The notes below the pieces were generated by a model. It was not told the origin of the DNA and did no database searches. It worked only from the letters and a program-made list of their open reading frames with translations. A program made the position numbers and the translations under genes. Positions 11,901-24,216 of a stretch of 64,000 nucleotides of DNA are shown here, in pieces. The stretch spans positions 31,483,190-31,547,189 of the forward strand of contig NC_085846.1 in the NCBI RefSeq assembly GCF_035594765.1. Reading direction: 5' to 3'. This DNA comes from Anolis carolinensis (taxonomy: Eukaryota). The stretch's first letter is position 1. Every line of letters begins with the position of its first letter.

Positions 11901-14900
11901 AAAGTCCATGAAAACTCATATGAAGTTCTAGTCTGAACATACAGTGATCAACTTTACCCTTCCTTCTTCACCCTTCCTGAGGAGGAATCAAAATCAAATT
12001 CTCATGCTCTTTTCTTTTTGGTCCAGGTTTGAGACAGAATGTTGCCTCCGTCAGAACGTGGAGGCTGACATCAATGGCCTGCACCAAATCCTGGATCAGT
12101 TGACAGCCTGCAGGGCTGATCTGGATGTACAGTGTGATAACTTACAGGATGAGCTAAACTGCCTGAAGAAGAACCATGCAGAGGTGAGGGATCAGCATTT
12201 TCCTGTTTCAGAATGTCTAAGTGACATGTCTAAAAGAATACTCTTCTTATTACAAGAACTTTAGGTCTGGGAATAGTATTCTTACATGCCAAAGGTGCAT
12301 GTCAAAATATATTGATATTAGGGCCAACTCAAGACATTCTGTGGATTGAGATGAAGAACAAAATGGTGGCTTCCAACACAAAATATCCAATTGAATAGGC
12401 AGTGGTATAATTCTTCCTCACTGGTGATGGGTCAAAATTCTCCATTATAACTGATGGTAGCAGCCCAATTTTAGCAGTCCCTAACAGATTAGTGCTGCCT
12501 ACCAGTATCTGCCACCAGAAGTTAATGTCCTACTCTATCTAATGGTGGAGCTGGTTCTAACTAAGAACTATTTTTTCCAAATGTTATATATTTCTGATCC
12601 AAGAATTCAAGTTTGATTGGGGAAAAATATCCATTGACATGGAAGACATTCAAAATCCCCAGAGAGAAACATATATAGGTGCATGGTTAAGATAATTGTG
12701 TTTATTGAGTGATGTTTACATAAAAGAGTGAGGAAAACAACATGTAGGATCTATCCAAACTGAACAACTGTAGCACCTTAATACCACTTTACTTCTCATG
12801 ACTCTCTTCTATGGAATTTGAAGTTTGATGAACTACTTAGAATTGAACCCAAAAAACAAACAAATTGCATTGGAATTTACCAGAGTCTTGCTAGAGGACC
12901 CAGAAAACTTGGTCCATCCATAGCATAATAGGGTATATTAAAATAAGTATTTTCACCAAGGCCTGTATGGCAAAAGTATCAAATTAAGTTTCATCCTGTT
13001 AATTATGACAGAATTAAAATGTTTTAACCTCTGAAAAACATTCACTGTGGTGGATGAGAAGGACAGAAAGTTTTGTTGGATCATTCAGACTTGTTTTGGT
13101 TATGGTGAGATGGTACTCATGTCATACAATCATTTAATTAACATGGAAAACTATATTAACTAAATCCACATTATTCACAACTGTAATATTCAGAGAATGT
13201 GTTCAGATATAAATTCAAACTACAGTTTATTATGATATCTAAATGCAGCCAAAGAGTATTTAGAGTTTGAAGCAGGCTAGAATAAGAACATCTGAGCATT
13301 TGCTAAAGAAGGTTGTACAACGTACAAAGAATTTTAAAAAATTCTTCTTTGTGTTCCTAGGGAGCAAATATATTTTGAAATGGTCTTATCTACACTGACC
13401 ATTCAATGCAGTTCGAAGCTAGCTTCCAACTGTGGTGGCCAGACAACAAATTCCCACAATAGCACACAAAAGAAAGTCTTTAATGTGCATCAGTGCTCTG
13501 TGGTTTGTGTAATCACCATCCAGCCTCAAACTGGTTCCAGGATTTTCTATGTAATCACCTGCATAGCAAAACTACTTTCTTCAATACCAGTTTGAAACTG
13601 CATTAAATAGTCAATGTAGATGGGACCAATGTAGATGTATTTTTTAGTTGATTTACCATTAAAGAGTCTCTTTCATATACAGCTATCCTAATTATTAGTA
13701 TTCATTTGAAGTACAGTAGAGTCTCGCTTATCCAACGTAACCGGGCCGGCAGAATGTTGGATAAGCGAATATGTTGGATAATAAGGAGGGATTAAGGAAA
13801 AGCCTATTAAACATCAAATTAGGTTATGATTTTACAAATTAAGCACCAAAACATCATGTTATACAACAAATTTGGCAGAAAAAGTAGTTCAGTATGCAGT
13901 AATGCTATGCAGTAATGACTGTATTTACGAATTTAGCACCAAAATATCATGATGTATTAAAAACAATCACTCAAAAAATTTGTTGGATAATCCAGAACGT
14001 TGGATAAGCGAGTGTTGGATAAGTGAGACTCTATTGTAGTATTGGAAAGTAGAAAGAAAATAAATGGAAGTGACAGTTGAGAATTGTTTAATTTGGTTTT
14101 GGCTTCTTTTTACAGGAGGTTGCCTGCCTGAAGAAGCAGTCCACTGGTGATGTCAATGTGGAAGTCAATACCTGTCCTGGACCCGATCTGAAGAAGATCC
14201 TGGAAGAGATGAGGTGCAAGTATGAGACAATGATAGAAGGCAACCGCAAGGAGGTTGAGGCCTGGTATGAATCTAAGGTAAGCTGTACATTTCTAAGTTT
14301 ACAATGCACAAAACAGAAGGAGAATACAATCACAACTGTGATGAGGGATCAATGACATGCAGGATATGTGAACTACAAAGGGTGATGGGATGACACCAAA
14401 ATGGTAATCTATAAAACTTTTGTACAGTTTCAGTTGAAATATATAATTTGTTCAGAAAAAAATTCCCTGTAGCTAGATATAACCACAAAAAACATTTTTC
14501 ACAAGTCCATCTTACATATACCTACGAGACTATATTAATTTACTTTTTGAACCTTCTAATACTCATGTATTCCAATCAGAGCTGTCATTCTTAGCCAACT
14601 ACAATGACACTTCCAGTCATGTAGTCTTGCTTGCAGGTGCTAATAGTTGCTAGTTTTGTCAAGCTTTCTGATATTTTAACTACAGTGTTGTGGTTAAAAT
14701 TGTAAGGGAGGAGGTTGTTGAAGTAACACCATGTACTACTGCATTTAGTGACACTAACACTAGTGATGCCATTGTGACAGACGCAGCTGAATTACAGCCT
14801 TTTCCCAATTCTTTCTACATTCCAGATTGAGGAGGTGAACCGTGATGTTTGCAACAGCAGCCAGGAGATTGAAGAAAGCAACAACAAGGTCACAGAACTG

Positions 14901-17888
14901 AGACGCCAACTGCAAGCCCTGCAGATTGACTATGAAGCCCAGTGCAGTCTGGTAAGAGACAGCTTCTGCATCCCTGGAAGCATGAAAGCGGGGTGGGCAG
15001 ACGAATGAATGGAGGCAGGTAATGTGCCTTCATTTATTTATTTATTTATTTATTTACAGCATTTATATTCCACCCTTCTCACCCCGAAGGGGACTCAGGG
15101 CGGATCACATTACACACATAGGCAAACATTCAATGCCTTTTAACATAGAACAAAGACAAGACAAACATAGGCTCCGAGCGGGCCTCGAACTCATGACCTC
15201 CTGGTCAGAGTGATTCATTGCAGCTGGTTGCAGCTGGCTTGTTCTCCCGCCTGCGCCATACATCTGATGTATGTGCACTAACCACAGAAACAACACATTT
15301 TGTGGAAGCACTCCTGGGGCCAAAGGATTTGTTCCTATGCCTTGTCCACATGATTAGGAAAAAAATAAGAATTTAATGGGTAGGGCACGGGGTGCCAGGA
15401 TTGCCCCACTGTCCTGCCACTTCGCTACAGAGGTTGGTGAATCAGCATGGGGGACTTCATCAATGTGATGAGGTCCATCATCTAGAAATCAAAAGTATAA
15501 ACTGGAAGGAAGGAGAGGAGGAAGGAAGGAAGAAAGGAAGGAAGGAAAAAAGGAAGGAAGGTGAGAGTTCTGCACTTTACCATGCTAACAACGAGAAACA
15601 GGACATTTGTTAACAAAGAAAAATGATGTTTCTCCTCTATTTCTCAGAGGGACACCCTTGAAGCCTCCCTAGGTGAAACTGAGCTTCGCTACAATGGCCA
15701 TCTGGGAGATCTGCAGGAGCGTATCTCCTGCCTAGAGCAGCAGCTGGCTGAGCTGCGTTCAGAGATGGAGTGCCAGAACCATGAGTATACCGAGCTCCTA
15801 GATGTCAAAAGCCGACTGGAGCAGGAGATTGGCACATACCGTGGCTTGCTGGAAGGGGGACAGAACGACAGCAAGTAAGTGGCAGAGAGAAAGAGGTAGT
15901 GAAACACTCCCTCCCCCATAAAATGAATTACCATTACGGATTGGACACACTTCAGTTTAGTTTTGATATAATTTTTCAAAAGTTACATGTTTCTTACAAT
16001 GTAGTATCTTATAACAACAAAGCAGGTAAATTGCAATTACAGGAGAACATTGGCTGGGACTTATCACATGGCATAAGAATTCCTCTTGTTACTCTAGTGG
16101 GAGACTGTTTGGGACCCATTACTTCTATAAACAACTAGCTTAAGTATCCTGCAATTCCCTGGTTAGAAATTTTGTAATTTGTAACACTATGTATTTGAAA
16201 AAGTCATTGTTTTTGGATTTTATGAATGGTCCCATTAAGAAATTGTATAAAGGTGTGGGGGGACTACAGCTCACATCAAGTTAGGTTAACCCTCCTCAAA
16301 CCCCACTAGTACTTAAAGCTGGTCATGTTGGGTATGTATGCTCTCTGGATGTGGGATGACTACAATGTCTATCATGCTGGGTGAGTCCCTCCAAACCTCT
16401 TCAGTATATTATGTTGGTCACAGAAGTTCTGTGTACCAAATCCATTATTGGTGGCATTCAGAGGGCTTTCTAGATGCAGGGTGAACTACAAGTCTCATCC
16501 CCCAAACCCTACCAGTATTCAGAGTTGGGCATGTTGGGTATGCGTGCCAATCCAGATCAATTGTCAGATGGGTCAGAATGCTCTCTGGATGTGGGTGAAC
16601 TGTATCTCCCAAACTCCAGGGTCAATCCCTCCCAAATGCTGCCAGTATTTTCTTTTGATCATGGGGGGGCTGTGTATCAGATTTGGTCCAGATTCGTCAT
16701 CGGTGGGGGTCACAGGGCTTCCTGGAAGTGGGAGCCAATAGGAAATTGTCCAAAAACATAAATCGTCACACACATACATACATACATGCATACACTTTTA
16801 TTATATACATACAAGTTGAGACCATCAGCAGAATACATTCAATAGAGATAATAACTTCCTTTCGGAAAAGAAACACTTTTCAACCATCTCCCACAGGGAG
16901 AACGACAGAAGAGGAATTGTGTCATATAATGAATCCTGCTCTTATCCTGTTGTAATACCAATTTACTTGCCTCTTGTGAGGTCCTTAGAATAGAAAAACA
17001 TCATCTGAATGCATGAGAGGCTGCAATTGATGGATAAATTTCTTGTGGCCCAGGGCAAATGATTTAAAAGTTCAAGTTTGAATCCCTGTGTATTTAACCA
17101 CGGTAGCATTGATTTAGAGCTGCTACCTCTTTTGTACAGCAGGCTTCCCATTTTTAAACACCTTAACTGCAGCTAAAATGAAGCACTTTCAACATTGGGA
17201 ACAGCTTCGCCCGTTAAATTTAGCCAGTGCTGAACAACTAATTTATCGATTTGGGTTTGTTTTTGTTTTTTTAACAAATATTTTCAAGCCTAATTTGGTT
17301 GAATCTTTAGATGCAGAACCCATCGATATGGAAAGCTGACTGTAATCAAATATTTTAGTGCTGAATTAGAGTGCCACGTTTTTTGTTGTTGTTGTGCTTC
17401 TTTAGGTAATAAAGCAGGCAGGGAGACTATAGAAACTTTGATTTAAGAATACGCAATGCATGTATAATGCATTTGACCAGTAGAAATGGAATTTTTTTTG
17501 TTTGAAATGATTTTTGAAAATAATTTATATAAGTAGTATATGTCTTCACATTTTGGAAAGAAGACACATGACTCTAAAAAGCAGATAGATTTCTCTTCCT
17601 ATTGTTTTTTCAGAGCATTTTCTTTTAGCAAATATCAAAGTGTTCCCCAGAATCTCCCCCAGAGAACAATGAAAGCAGCTGACACTGATATGCTGAATTG
17701 GGGATCTGTGTGGGTGAAATGACTTCTGATCAAAACTTTTTTTTTTCAGTAGCCACAATGGAGGAGGCGGGAACACCAGCAGAGTTAGTAGTGCATCAAA
17801 TGGACGCTCCAGTGAAAGTCGGTCAACCCACACTTACGGGACCCATTCTGCAGTTCATACACACCATGGAGGTCATTTACACCACTAG
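8939..17888 (+). CDS. Type I keratin gene A, cysteine-rich rod (HAS/KRT9-like family), ~619 aa; join(8939..9904,11310..11392,12027..12183,14116..14277,14826..14951,15648..15874,17750..17888)
   Basis: Helix-initiation motif [22 protein letters not shown] and termination motif [16 protein letters not shown]. Internal exons are 83/157/162/126/227 nt with GT-AG junctions and a continuous frame. Exon 7 follows a T-tract+CAG and resembles exon 7 of gene C. Exons 1-6 are firmer than exon 7. Confidence 0.93.
9425..9541 (+). repeat. Coding 27-nt tandem repeat (4+ units) encoding VAG(S/N)PHP(S/G)M in the keratin A head
   Basis: The unit gtagctggcagtcctcatcccagtatg is repeated with few substitutions. 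Confidence 0.9.
13714..14036 (+). mobile_element. Tc1/mariner-type MITE
   Basis: TIR CAGTAGAGTCTC(G/A)CTTATCCAA with TA TSD; further copies at 42144 and 58182. Confidence 0.9.
15032..15260 (-). mobile_element. tRNA-derived SINE (same family as 5633)
   Basis: Reverse-complement copy with (TTTA)n tail in intron 5 of gene A. Confidence 0.85.
16135..16810 (-). mobile_element. Probable non-autonomous Helitron
   Basis: CTAG at one end and a (TACA)n/AT-rich other end; internal subrepeats gctctctggatgtggg..actaca. Confidence 0.5.
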
Positions 17889-19393
17889 GCCAACAAGGAA
17901 AACGTGCTTGAGGTGAGAAATAGATATGTCTATCTATGTTCTTGTTGACTTTTCCCCTATTTATGAGATCTTGTAGGATTTTGTGATAGTGTCCCATGTT
18001 GGGACAAAATTAAAAGTATGTGAAGGCACAACCAGGCAGTTAGCAATATCTTAGATACCGAAGATGAAATTGTGAATTGATCGAAGTGAAAAATAGGTTA
18101 ACCACACATATAAAATCAACAAAGTACTGCACTTAGATTACAAGCATAAATGACTACGTTTGCAAGCATGCTATATAAAAGATATGACACTAAAGAAAAA
18201 TAAGCTGGGGAGGGAAAAGGAAGACAGACGTGGTTTCATGCATCAATACTTAAAGTGGCAACTCCTATTGATATTATTATAAATATAGTCATTCCTTCAC
18301 ATTTGCAATTTTAATGTTTGTAGATTTGTGTATTCATAGATTTGATTAAAATGTTATATCTATGAACCTAGGATTCATAGGTTCAACATGACTCTATGGT
18401 CAATTTTCCCCAGTCATGCTGGATGACTTACAGTGCATCTACACTGTAGAATTAATGCAGAAAATACCTTTAGCACAACCCAATGGTCAACATACAGCAG
18501 AAATTGACCATAGAGTCACGTTGAACCTAGATATTCTTAGAAAGATATTCTTTCAGGTCCTGCACCTCTGATCCTTGCAAAAGTAGAGGACCTACATATT
18601 CTCTCAGCCAAGCAGTTAGAGAAAGGCATTACTATTCTACAAAACCATGTTTTTGACCTATAGAAACCCTATACTGGATACTTTGGAATTGCTATAAAGG
18701 AGACAAATATCCAGGCAACATGAGACCAATATAAGTCCTTCCAAAAGTCTTATATAATGTCCATGCTGAACGCTGTTCAGGAGACGATGGGCTATAATGG
18801 TTGGAAGATTATGGAAAATTTAGATTGGCAAAGCATGGACTATTTAGACCTCATCCAGTCTGATAAGTGATCAGATTACAATATATATTAGTCCAGATCC
18901 TGGACCATTCTTTCAGAATGTAAAGCTCTGACAGGCATAAATAAGGACTTTGCTCCTCTCCATCCTTAACTTACTGTCTTCATACCACTAGGGCTCAAGA
19001 ATCAGCACCTGACCACAATGAGACAACATCCTCCTTTTGGGGGAAAGTGGGGCAATTGGGTATCTGGTGTAATGAGTTCAAGGCTGGATCTACACTGCCA
19101 TATAATCCAGCTGAATTCAGTTAATCTACATTCTGAAACTGGATTATATGGTAAAGTAGATCAAGCATAAATTAGGGGATCAGCCCAGATGTCAGAACTG
19201 AGTTCCACTATCCTCAATGACCATAAAAATCCATATGCAGGTTTAAGTTGAATTTATGTCTGCATTTCTCATTAACATGAGACTGACTATGGTTGTACAT
19301 GGATTTAAATATGTTCTGTCAATATGAATGATGCACCATTGACTTTTTCCTTGTCATAGTAACTACATTTTGATTCTTTCTGCTCATCTTTAG

Positions 19394-19670
19394 AGCTACA
19401 GAATAGCAAAGAAAACCATGTCCCTAGAGAAGCATACCTGATGGTACATCCATGCGGCTGTTGTTCCATCTGTCTAAATTACACCTTTCCAAGCTGACCA
19501 GAGATCCCACTTCACTATCTTCCACGCTGCTGTTTCTTTACTATTATTCTGCAACATAACCTCTGTCAAGCTTACTCAACCATCATGCTTTCGTGCCGTG
19601 GTTGGTTCTCTACTAGCCACTGAAAACAAAAGAAGGGATCAAAAATAAAGGCTCTGGTTTTTTCTGTGTG
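19394..19670 (+). other. Probable terminal (3' UTR) exon 8 of keratin A
   Basis: Donor GAG|GTGAGA at 17912/17913 and acceptor TTTAG ending 19393. The start of the exon resembles exon 8 of gene C. AATAAA at 19644-19649 is followed by a GT/T-rich tract; a second AATAAA lies at 19728. Confidence 0.6.
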
Positions 19671-19814
19671 CCACTCAAGGCCTGTGTGTTCAATATGTTT
19701 TCTCTAATCAAAACTTGAAAAGCATTGAATAAATAATGGTGACCACTAGGACACCATCCATACTACAGAATTTTAGCAGCATGATACCATTTTAACTGTC
19801 ATGGCTTCATCTTA

Positions 19815-20290
19815 CAAGCTGGAAAGCGTCCAGAAGAGGGCAACTAAAATGATCAAGGGTCTGGAGAACAAGCCCTATGAGGAGCGGCTTAAAGAACCGG
19901 GCATGTTTAGCCTGCAGAAGAGAAGGCTGAGAGGAGACATGATAGCCATGTACAAATATATGAGGGGAAGTCATAGGGAGGAGGGAGCAGGCTTGTTTTC
20001 TGCTGCCCTGGAGACTAGGACATGGAACAATGGCTTCAAACTACAGGAAAGGAGATTCCACCTGAACATCAGGAAGAACTTTCTCACTGTGAGAGCTGTT
20101 CAGCAGTGGAACTCTCTGCCCCAGAGTGTGGTGGAGGCTCCTTCTTTGGAGGCTTTTAAACAGAGGCTGGATGGCTTTGGGGGATATTGGGGGTGCTTTG
20201 AATGTGATTTCCTGCTTCTTCGCAGAGGGTTGGACTGGATGGCCCATGAGGTCTCTTCCAACTCTACTATTGTATGATTCTATGATTCTA
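19815..20290 (+). mobile_element. 5'-truncated CR1 LINE (RT C-terminus + 3' UTR)
   Basis: [20 protein letters not shown]...WNSLP is typical of CR1 ORF2; ATTCTATG tail. Confidence 0.92.
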
Positions 20291-20626
20291 CATAATCCTG
20301 GGATCTGTAGTTTGTTGTGGCTATGAAGTTTAGTGTGCCTGTGAATGTGCACACACCAATGTGGAAATATTGACAGATAAGCATGTATGCCTGTGCATGC
20401 CTACTAAATTGGATCAAAACTCTGTTAAGAGACCACTTCACATGTCCCGGACCCACTTCCACAAAAACATAGCTGCCCACTGCTTTCTCAGGTTGACTTC
20501 TCTTGTCCCTGTACTTGAGTTCCTATCTTTCTGCCATGGACCACATTCCTGTGCCCCAGAGCTTTGATGAAGTAGGAATATTATAAACGCACACCCTTTG
20601 AGATTGTACAGAACATTTCACTTATA

Positions 20627-20960
20627 CAGACTGAGTATCCCTTCTCTGAAATGCTTGGGATCAGAAGTGTTTCAGATTTTGTAATATTTGTATTTGCATA
20701 TATGTGTACAATGAGATATCTTGGGAGGTGGAACCCAAGTCTAAACATGAAATATATGTATGCTACATATACACCTTATAAACATCACCCAAAGGTAATT
20801 TTATACAATATTTCTAATACTTTTGTCCATGAAACAAAACTTGTGTACATTGAACCAACAGAAAGCAAATGTATTTGTTTCTTAGCTACCAATGTGGACA
20901 ATTTCAGATTTTGGATATTTTGGATTTTGGGTTAGGTTGAGATACGGGATGCACAACCTG
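20627..20960. mobile_element. Tigger/pogo-like MITE
   Basis: Imperfect TIR CAGACTGAGTATCCC / GGGATGCACAACCTG with TA TSD. Confidence 0.7.
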
Positions 20961-21502
20961 TATATTACTAACTCTGGCAAACCTTGTTATTATTCCCATA
21001 ATGAAAACAGAGGAATGAAACCAACAGCTAGAGCCTACCCTAAGGCTGCCCAGTACATTCAGAAGTAACTACATAAGAAGGACTTTCTAAATCACAGCTT
21101 ACACGATTTATTATGTGCTTTATAATGTGGCTGATTACATAGAGATAATTATGCCACTTTGATGGGAAATGCTCATCTTCCACATTAATTAAGGACTGCT
21201 CATTCTGTGCAGATTCTCACCCACCCATGTGATGACTATTACCTTGTGAACCAACTTTCAGTATTCCAGAAAGAAACATCTTGTTTGTTGTAATTAGCTA
21301 TGTTCTCGGGACTTCAAATTCAGTTAGTAATCAAAATGTTCCTGCTTTTTCAAGTCAGCATGTGTCATTTTTGTTGCTTCAGACTATCTGCCTGTTTTCT
21401 ATTCCATCCAATGAAGACTACACACAGAGATCTGTACTCCATGGAATCCTTCTTACCTTCTAGTCCTCTATTGTTCTGAAGAACATTTTATATCTGGGAA
21501 CT

Positions 21503-21771
21503 TTTTTTTTTCTGTGTCAGGAGCAACCGGAGTTGCTTCTGGAGTGAAAGAATTGGCCGTCTGCAAGGATGTTGCCCAGGGGACGCCCGGATGTTTTGAT
21601 GTTTTACCATCCTTGTGGGAGGCTTCTTTCATGTCCCCACAAGGAGCTGGAGCTGATAGAGGGAGCTCTATCCGCGCTCTCCCCGGGTGGGATTCGAACC
21701 TGGCAGCCTTCAGGTCAACAACCCAACCTTCAAGTCACGAGGCTTTTATCCTCTAGGCCACCGGAGGCTCC
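21503..21771 (-). mobile_element. tRNA-derived SINE with poly(A) tail (second family)
   Basis: Minus-strand A box TGGCCTAGAGG and B box GGTTCGAATCC; poly(A); TSD tctgggaact on both sides. Confidence 0.85.
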
Positions 21772-22537
21772 GTCTGGGAACTGATTTAAACAGAAATTGG
21801 ATAGATTCCTTATAGTTCATTTCACCACCCCACTAGTGCAAACATTTCCTGTTTTTTGGCATGGGATTTCATGGCAGTAGGATATGCCTTTTTAGATTGG
21901 AAGGATGCTATAAGATATTGTAGACTGTCTGGTCTTCTTATGATCAAGCTAAATTGAAAAAACCAATAAAATCTGATGAAACACATAGGCTTCTATAGCA
22001 TACCCTCCAACATTTCACAGATGAAAACCATAATGCAATATCAGAGTGTGGTCAAGATGGTAAACACTGCTATTGAGATTTCATCTTTCTTCATCTTTCT
22101 CAGCTGCTGAATTAAAAGAGAGAAAATTAATTTTGAATTGAACTGTTTGCTCAGTTGAAGTAAGCTGGGGACAAAGAAGGAAACTAGAGCATGTTCCACT
22201 CAACCTGGCACAATCAATGAGTATGCTAAACAAATGATCTCAGATCAGAAACACTTGTTAACATCTTTTTGGTCCAAGTTAGCCATAAACACTAGCATTT
22301 CAAGAGAAAGCAACATCATACAGGCATAAACATACACACTGGTATGCAACATGGTGCCTTTTAGACACCTTGGCTTACACTTCTCCATAAGTCTCCAGGA
22401 ACATAACCAATGGGAATGGATTATGAGGTGAAGGCCAAAACATCTGCAGGCCCCTAGATTGCCTACTTTTGTGATGCGTACTTGGATTTTAGGCTTTCTC
22501 AACCTTGGCCTTTACAGTACCATGGTGTCAGACCCAG

Positions 22538-22684
22538 GCTCCTTCTACACTACCATATAATCCAGATTATCAAAGCAGACAATCCACATTATCTGTTTTG
22601 AACTGGATTATATGAGTCTACACTGACATATAATCCAGTTCAAAATAGATAATCTGGATTTTATATGGCCGTGTAGAAATGACT
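22538..22684. mobile_element. PIF/Harbinger-like MITE
   Basis: Palindromic element with ..CTACAC / GTGTAG.. ends; related copies at ~19081-19165 and 38420-38568. Confidence 0.6.
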
Positions 22685-22852
22685 CCAGATGGATGTCAAC
22701 TGATCTGATTTCTTAAATCAGCTATTTTTCTTCTTGAATTTATCCTCTGCTTTATATAAGTGCATGAAGAAGGGGAGAGAGCAACAACACTATTATTCAA
22801 TAGTTGGCTGTCTTCTGAAGGATCAATGTACTATTTAGTTATATGCTGAAAA

Positions 22853-23135
22853 CAGGGCCGTAGCCAGAAAAAAATTTCGGGAGGGGTTTTGAAAATTTCG
22901 GGGGGGGGGGGGGGGGGTTGAACCCCTAGCACACACCTCTCCCCGCTACAAACCTGTCAATATCTGCTTGAAATAGTGCCTGGAGGGATTCTTAATGTTT
23001 TGCGTCTCATAGACTTAGCATGGGGATTTGGTTAACCAGTTAAAATTCATGAGTAAACCAAGTTTTTTTTATAACCTGAAAAATTTCGGGGGGGGGGGGT
23101 TGAACCCCTAAAACCACCCCCTCGCTACAGGCCTG
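22853..23135. mobile_element. hAT MITE with poly-G direct repeats
   Basis: TIR CAGGGCCGTAGC / GCTACAGGCCTG; 8-bp TSD gctgaaaa/gctgaaag. Confidence 0.85.
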
Positions 23136-24081
23136 GCTGAAAGCATGCAGCCAATGGGGAAAAAACAGCTTCATTCCTAGAGATGCCGGAGTGCATCTTT
23201 CTATTCAAATTCCATGCTGTGAAAAGACAATTTTTTCATTCAGAAGTAAGTAACAAACGACACAATTTGAATAACTTATGATAGTAATAACTATAGTAGC
23301 CTTTCAAACAGGTCTAAATTTTTAAACAACCCTAAAAACATTTGAATCCACAAACCAAAAAGGGGACAGAGGGAGAACAAGAGGAAGGGAAGGAAGGATA
23401 TATTTGGACCAATAATAATTTAGCACATGGGCTTTTGCATGCATCATGTTTTACCACTGGATTTACTACATTGCAGACCAGGAATAAAGGCCCTTCATAT
23501 GGGAGTCTAAAACATACATGATTTTTATCATTGGCCAATTGGATCTGGAATCCAATGCATTCTATAGTGTCATACAATCAAATCCCTATTTTAGATGCTA
23601 CTGTGGAGGCAGTGCCTACAACACACACCAGGGGGTGGCAATTGTTTGTCCCTCCAGATATTATAAAACTGCAACTACTGTACTTTCATCCTTTCTCTTT
23701 TATTAAATTTGTTAAATCTATTGAAAGTTGTGTTTCAATGATACTTGAGAGCCACATAATTTCAATCTTTTGCCCAACAAACTCAAGATGCCAATCTCTG
23801 ACCAATAACTGCAGCCTGTTTCTAGAGCATAGACAGGGCACATCTGAGGATGCCTGCCATATATTTGGGTAAAAGATGAGGAACATGGCCACAAAGCCCG
23901 GAAAATGCACAACAACCTACATGTGAAGCGTTATATATTTTTTAACAGCAACTCCCACCACTCCATTCCAAGATAGTCAAAGGTGAGGGATGATAGGAGC
24001 TGTAGTGGAGCAAGATCTGGCAGTCTGTTCCTGTTCTACAGAAATTCAGGTGAGAAAGCCATTGCGACCTTTGTTCTAGGT

Positions 24082-24216
24082 CAGTGGTTCTCAACTTGTG
24101 GGTCACCAGGTGTTTTGGCCTACAAGTCCTAGAAATCCCAGCCAGTTTACCAGCTGTTAGGATTTCTGGGAGTTGAAGGCCAAAACATCTGGGGACCCAC
24201 CGGTTGAGAATCACTG
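24082..24216. mobile_element. 135-bp palindromic hAT MITE (SPIN-like termini)
   Basis: TIR CAGTGGTTCTCAAC; perfect 8-bp TSD ttctaggt. Confidence 0.92.
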
